From Deferribacterales bacterium (GTDB taxonomy: Bacteria; Chrysiogenota; Deferribacteres; Deferribacterales; Geovibrionaceae): DNA of 64,000 nt. Of the stretch, positions 59,927-64,000 are shown piece after piece (position 1 is the first letter of the stretch; each line of letters begins with the position of its first letter). The translations under genes and the position numbers were made by a program. The notes under the pieces were generated by a model. It did not search any database. It worked only from the letters and a program-made list of their open reading frames with translations, and was not told the DNA's origin. The stretch lies in assembly GCA_050253075.1 (NCBI GenBank), contig JBFWJS010000004.1:213685-277684 (forward strand), read 5' to 3'.

Positions 59927-61213
59927 ATGAGTCACATTGACAGCACACTACTTCACGGTGGATACGAGCCTGGTGAAACAGGTTCCAGAGCAGTACCCCT
60001 TTACCAAACAACAAGCTACGTTTTCAAAAACAGCGACCACGCCGCTAACCTTTTCGGGCTGAAAGAGTTCGGAAATATCTATACAAGGCTGATGAACCCA
60101 ACAACAGATGTCCTTGAAAAGCGTCTCGCTGCACTTGAAGGAGGAACGGCAGCACTGGCCACGAGCTCCGGTCAGGCAGCAATAACATACGCTGTGGTAA
60201 ACATCGCAAAAGCAGGCGACAACATCGTCGCATCATCTTCCATATACGGAGGAACATATAACCTCTTCCACTACACACTCAAGCGCTTCGGCATTGACGT
60301 GAGATTCGTGGACGGCACAAACCCGAAAGCCTTTTCTGAGGCAGCAGACGAAAACACAAAGGCATTCTATACAGAATCCATAGGAAACCCTGCGGGCAGG
60401 CTCGCAGATGTGAAAGCTATCTCAGAAGAAGCGCACACAGTCGGCGTTCCGCTCATAGTAGACAACACTGTGACACCGTATATATTCAAACCATTCGCCC
60501 ACGGCGCAGACATCGTGGTCTACTCCCTTACAAAGTTCATCACGGGTAACGGAACATCCGTCGGCGGAGCATTGATAGAAAAAGGCACATTCAACTGGGC
60601 AAACGGCAGGTTCCCCGAGCTCACAGAGCCGGATCCGTCTTACCACGGGCTGAGATACTGGGACGTCTTCGGCGATCATGAAAACACTCTGGTACGCGGT
60701 ACAGCTTTCGCATTTAAGGCGCGTCTTCAGCTCCTTCGTGACCTTGGATCTTGTATATCTCCTTTCAATGCACACCAGATCATACTCGGACTGGAGACCC
60801 TTCCGCTCCGTATTAAAAAGCATTGCGAAAACGCTCTCGCAGTGGCGAAGTTCCTTGCTGAGCACCCAAAGGTCAGCTGGGTAAACTATGCAGGGCTTGA
60901 TACACACCCTGACCATGAGCTGGCGACAAAAACGACAAACGGCGGATACGGAGCAATCATCGGCTTCGGCATCAAAGGCGGACTCGAAGCAGGCAAGACA
61001 TTCATAGACAACCTGAACGTCTTCAGCCACCTCGCAAATGTCGGTGATGCACGCTCACTCGTTATCCACCCAGCAAGCACAACGCACCAGCAGCTCACAG
61101 ATGAGGAAAGAGCAGCAGCAGGCGTAAGTAACGATTATATAAGACTTTCTGTCGGTATCGAGGAAGTGACAGACCTCCTCGCCGATCTGAACTTAGCACT
61201 GTCTAAAGCTTAA
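59927..61213 (+). CDS. metY: O-acetylhomoserine aminocarboxypropyltransferase (OAH/OAS sulfhydrylase)
   Basis: [45 protein letters not shown]. Confidence 0.95.
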   Translation: MSHIDSTLLHGGYEPGETGSRAVPLYQTTSYVFKNSDHAANLFGLKEFGNIYTRLMNPTTDVLEKRLAALEGGTAALATSSGQAAITYAVVNIAKAGDNIVASSSIYGGTYNLFHYTLKRFGIDVRFVDGTNPKAFSEAADENTKAFYTESIGNPAGRLADVKAISEEAHTVGVPLIVDNTVTPYIFKPFAHGADIVVYSLTKFITGNGTSVGGALIEKGTFNWANGRFPELTEPDPSYHGLRYWDVFGDHENTLVRGTAFAFKARLQLLRDLGSCISPFNAHQIILGLETLPLRIKKHCENALAVAKFLAEHPKVSWVNYAGLDTHPDHELATKTTNGGYGAIIGFGIKGGLEAGKTFIDNLNVFSHLANVGDARSLVIHPASTTHQQLTDEERAAAGVSNDYIRLSVGIEEVTDLLADLNLALSKA

Positions 61214-61237
61214 TAGATTTTAAGCCTCCTGAACGTT

Positions 61238-61267
61238 ATAAATGGGAGCTTGCGGGCTCCCATTTAT
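61238..61267 (+). terminator. Terminator after metY
   Basis: ATAAATGGGAGC-TTGCGG-GCTCCCATTTAT. Confidence 0.75.
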
Positions 61268-61468
61268 ATATATTTAAATTGCATATTTCTCTATATTTTA
61301 CCCACATTGCAAATTCCTATTAACAAAGTCGTTTTTTTCTTATTTGTAAAAATTCGCAAGTTAACTATACTTTTTTTGTCTGAATAGTTTGTAAATATTG
61401 TAAAGATGTGTGTATAGTTACATAATTAGGAAACAAACGTGTAGATGATTAATTTAGGAGGCCCGTGT

Positions 61469-63292
61469 ATGTTAAAGAACCTAAAAATATCGCAGAAGCT
61501 CTATCTAGGCTTTACTGTGATCCTTTTCCTTATGATCTTAATAGCCCTTATCAGTTTTCTTCGAATGGAGAGTATTTCATCCCAAGTTAACAAAAGAGAC
61601 ATGCTTGCCAAGATCGTAGAGCACATCAACAGTGCCAGAGTGAACCGTATACAGTTCTTTTACACTTCGAACGAGCAGTACAGCAAGATGACAGAGGATG
61701 ATTTCAAACAGATACTCGTCATTACTGCAGAAGGTAAAAAACAGTATAACGACAAAGAAGATATCGCAATTTTCAACAGCATCGAAACAGATGTCAGAAA
61801 GTATCAGGATATTTTTGCCAAATACTCCGACGCTATCAAAAAGAACTCAGAGATTTACAAAGCCCTGAGCGGATACGGTGCAGAAATGGCCGCAGCAGCA
61901 GGCGATGTGAAGACACAATCCTTCACATTCAACTTCTTTTCTATGCGTCTGAGCGCAATGAAGTACCTTTATCAGCCAACTTAAAAAGAGTATGAGACAA
62001 CACAGGGATTTTATCAGAAAGCCTACTCTGATGCACAGGCGGCAGGTGCTGCAGACCTTATGAATAAACTGCAGACTTACAGCAAAGGCTTCTCTGATAT
62101 GCATGACAGCAAAAACTCGCTGAAGGCTATTGAGGATGATCTCGCTGTCTCAGCCAGAAAAGCACAGGATCTCTGCAGTGAGATTATCGTCGCTGAGAGA
62201 AAACAGCTCGAAAGCACCGTCGCAGGGGCAAAGTTTATAACAGTTCTGATATCCCTCATAGCCGTTATCGCAGGTATTCTCACATCTATCCTTATAGCAA
62301 GGTCTATCACAGGGCCGATGGAAAAGGCCGTTCAGCTCTCTGTCACTATGGCAGAAGGCGACTTCACACTTTCAGTGGATAACGACCGCAAGGACGAGAT
62401 AGGCAAGTTCCTCTGCGCTATGGAGACAATGCGCATAAAGCTAAGGGAAGTTATTGAAACTATCATCCAGTCCTCAAACTCTGTGGCATCGGGGAGTACC
62501 GAGCTAGCCTCTACTACGGAAGAGCTCGCCACCACATTCTCCGATCAGGCAGGGCAGGTCAGCATGGTCGCCAGCGCTACAGAAGAGCTTAGTGTCTCTT
62601 CCACACAAATACTGGAAGCCATCAACGAAGTTAAGCATAAATCTGATACAGGGCATGACCTTACCATAGAGGGGCAAAAGCTCATCCAGCTTACAAACGA
62701 TGCCATGCACAGCATCAGAGCAAATGTCGAAGACCTCGGCACCACAATAGGCTCACTTGCACAATCCTCTGAAGAGATCGGCAATATACTTCTAGTTATA
62801 AACGATATCGCAGACCAGACAAACCTTCTCGCACTTAACGCTGCCATCGAAGCGGCAAGAGCAGGCGAGCACGGACGCGGTTTCGCCGTTGTCGCAGACG
62901 AGGTCAGAAAGCTCGCCGAACGCACACAGACATCCATCCACGATATCGAAAAAATCATATCTTCCTTTGTTACAGAAACCACGAAGACGAATCAGGGGAT
63001 GAAGTCAGCAAAGGATAAGGTTATCGACGGCGAAGATAAACTCTTCAAAACAGACGAGATATTCAATAAGATTGTTATCGCAGTGGAAGAGATCACCCAA
63101 TCCAGCGACCTTATGAAGACAGCCATATCCGAACAGGTAGCCGCCATAGCGAATATTAACGATAACGCACACGTTATCTCAGGCGGTCTGGAGGAGAGCT
63201 CTGCTGCTATTTCACAAGTTTCTGTGACAGTCAGCGACCTTCAGAAACAGGCCGACGACCAGATGCAGATAACCGAACAATTCAAGATCTAA
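61469..63292 (+). pseudogene. Methyl-accepting chemotaxis protein interrupted by an in-frame TAA (61982-61984)
   Basis: ORFs 61445-61984 and 62060-63292 share a frame, and the 25 codons between them are open ([25 protein letters not shown]). TM1 and sensor lie upstream; TM2, HAMP and signalling domain downstream. Confidence 0.85.
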
Positions 63293-63301
63293 TCACAACT
63301 C

Positions 63302-63326
63302 AGGGAGCCTTCGGGCTCCCTTTTTT
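63302..63326. terminator. Intrinsic terminator
   Basis: AGGGAGCC-TTCG-GGCTCCCT-TTTTT. Confidence 0.85.
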
Positions 63327-63603
63327 ATTTACAAGCTGGTACATATTTCATTATCCAGTCATTTACTTCTTTATCTAGCCAGCCAGCCTTATAACCACAT
63401 ACATTTATAATTAAGAGTCTGTCATTTTTATCAAAGAATGGAGCTAATCGTCTATATATTTGCTCTGCCGTTTCTCTCGTTTCTACAAGGAACGCAGATT
63501 TCTGATAATGACACCAATTATAATGGGATTTAATTGTATTAATCACATTATTATAATCTTGACCAGTTCTATTCAAATCATACGTAATATTGTAAACAGA
63601 CAT
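63325..63603 (-). CDS. Small AT-rich hypothetical protein (ITYDL motif; possible Cas2/VapD-like ferredoxin fold)
   Basis: GAGGTG RBS; MSVYNITYDLNRTGQDY...DKNDRLLII...GWL. Confidence 0.75.
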   Translation of the reverse strand: MSVYNITYDLNRTGQDYNNVINTIKSHYNWCHYQKSAFLVETRETAEQIYRRLAPFFDKNDRLLIINVCGYKAGWLDKEVNDWIMKYVPACK

Positions 63604-63879
63604 TAGACACCTCTTAGATCATTCATTATTATCATATGTATATTATTAAAAGGTAAGATAGTTTATGTGTAAGACTATACGATTTCATTGGATAATACTT
63701 AAATAATATATTGTCAGATACATACCAAAACAATGAGGGATGTCAAAGCATAGTGGTTCTTTATTGAAATGAGTAAATGAAGGCACCCGAAAGGAGTGTA
63801 TACAGATATACATGACTGAGGTTTACTTGAGGGGGATACTGAGATTCGAAAGTGAGAGGAATTTTAGGCATAAAAAAAT

Positions 63880-63998
63880 CCCTGGCGGCGACCTACTCTC
63901 CCACATGTTTGATTCATGCAGTACCATCGGCGCTGTGAAGCTTAACTTCCGTGTTCGAAATGGGAACGGGTGGGACCTTCACGCTAAAACCACCAGGG
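63880..63998 (-). rRNA. rrf: 5S ribosomal RNA (distal end of an rRNA operon)
   Basis: Reverse complement reads CCCTGGTGG...CCACCCGTTCCCATTTCGAACACGGAAGTTAAGC...GCGCCGATGGTACTGC...GGGAGAGTAGGTCGCCGCCAGG. Confidence 0.97.
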
Positions 63999-64000
63999 AA

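Noticed and set aside
59747..59935. 62-aa minus-strand ORF over the metY leader, and the many antisense ORFs in the track (e.g. 4015-4935, 10829-11764, 15398-16534)
   Set aside because: Shadow frames of well-supported genes, with no motifs or RBS.
61982..61984. Recoding (Sec/Pyl) at the MCP internal stop
   Set aside because: The codon is TAA, not TGA or TAG, and there is no redox motif.
63775..63860. ERIC-like small repeat (GGAGTGTATACAGATATACATGACTGAGG) downstream of 5S
   Set aside because: Single copy in the window, so repeat status cannot be supported.

Overview
A gene-dense window of bacterial chromosome from an anaerobic or microaerophilic respiring Gram-negative organism. The gene content and style suggest Deferribacterales, which is an inference. 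In order: a Fur/Zur regulator with a His-rich ZnuA; a radical SAM protein; a Tat-exported [NiFe]-hydrogenase (small subunit, large subunit, protease); a TPR/glycosyltransferase; lysA-dapF-dapA-dapB; an ankyrin protein; SulP; an SfrAB-like NADPH oxidoreductase; an orphan pilin; Mpg; a Sel1 protein; a c-di-GMP signalling block (DctP-LivJ double binding protein, hybrid kinase, REC-HD-GYP, CHASE4-GGDEF) converging on a 4111-aa retention-module adhesin; two MCPs (one with an in-frame stop); a Dpp/Opp ABC transporter; redox and stress genes; metY; and the 5S rRNA end of an rRNA operon. The most interesting items are missing from the ORF track: (1) a 35-aa leader ORF with a Cys/Met codon cluster (CAIAMSMSMMM) and hairpins directly upstream of metY, a candidate methionine-sensing attenuator; (2) a CxxU Rdx/SelW selenoprotein with a SECIS-like hairpin; (3) a roughly 200-nt promoter-to-terminator candidate sRNA; (4) a 42-aa lipoprotein with its RBS inside a hairpin; (5) composite CGTC-type palindromic repeats. 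All family assignments come from motif recognition by eye; no searches were run.
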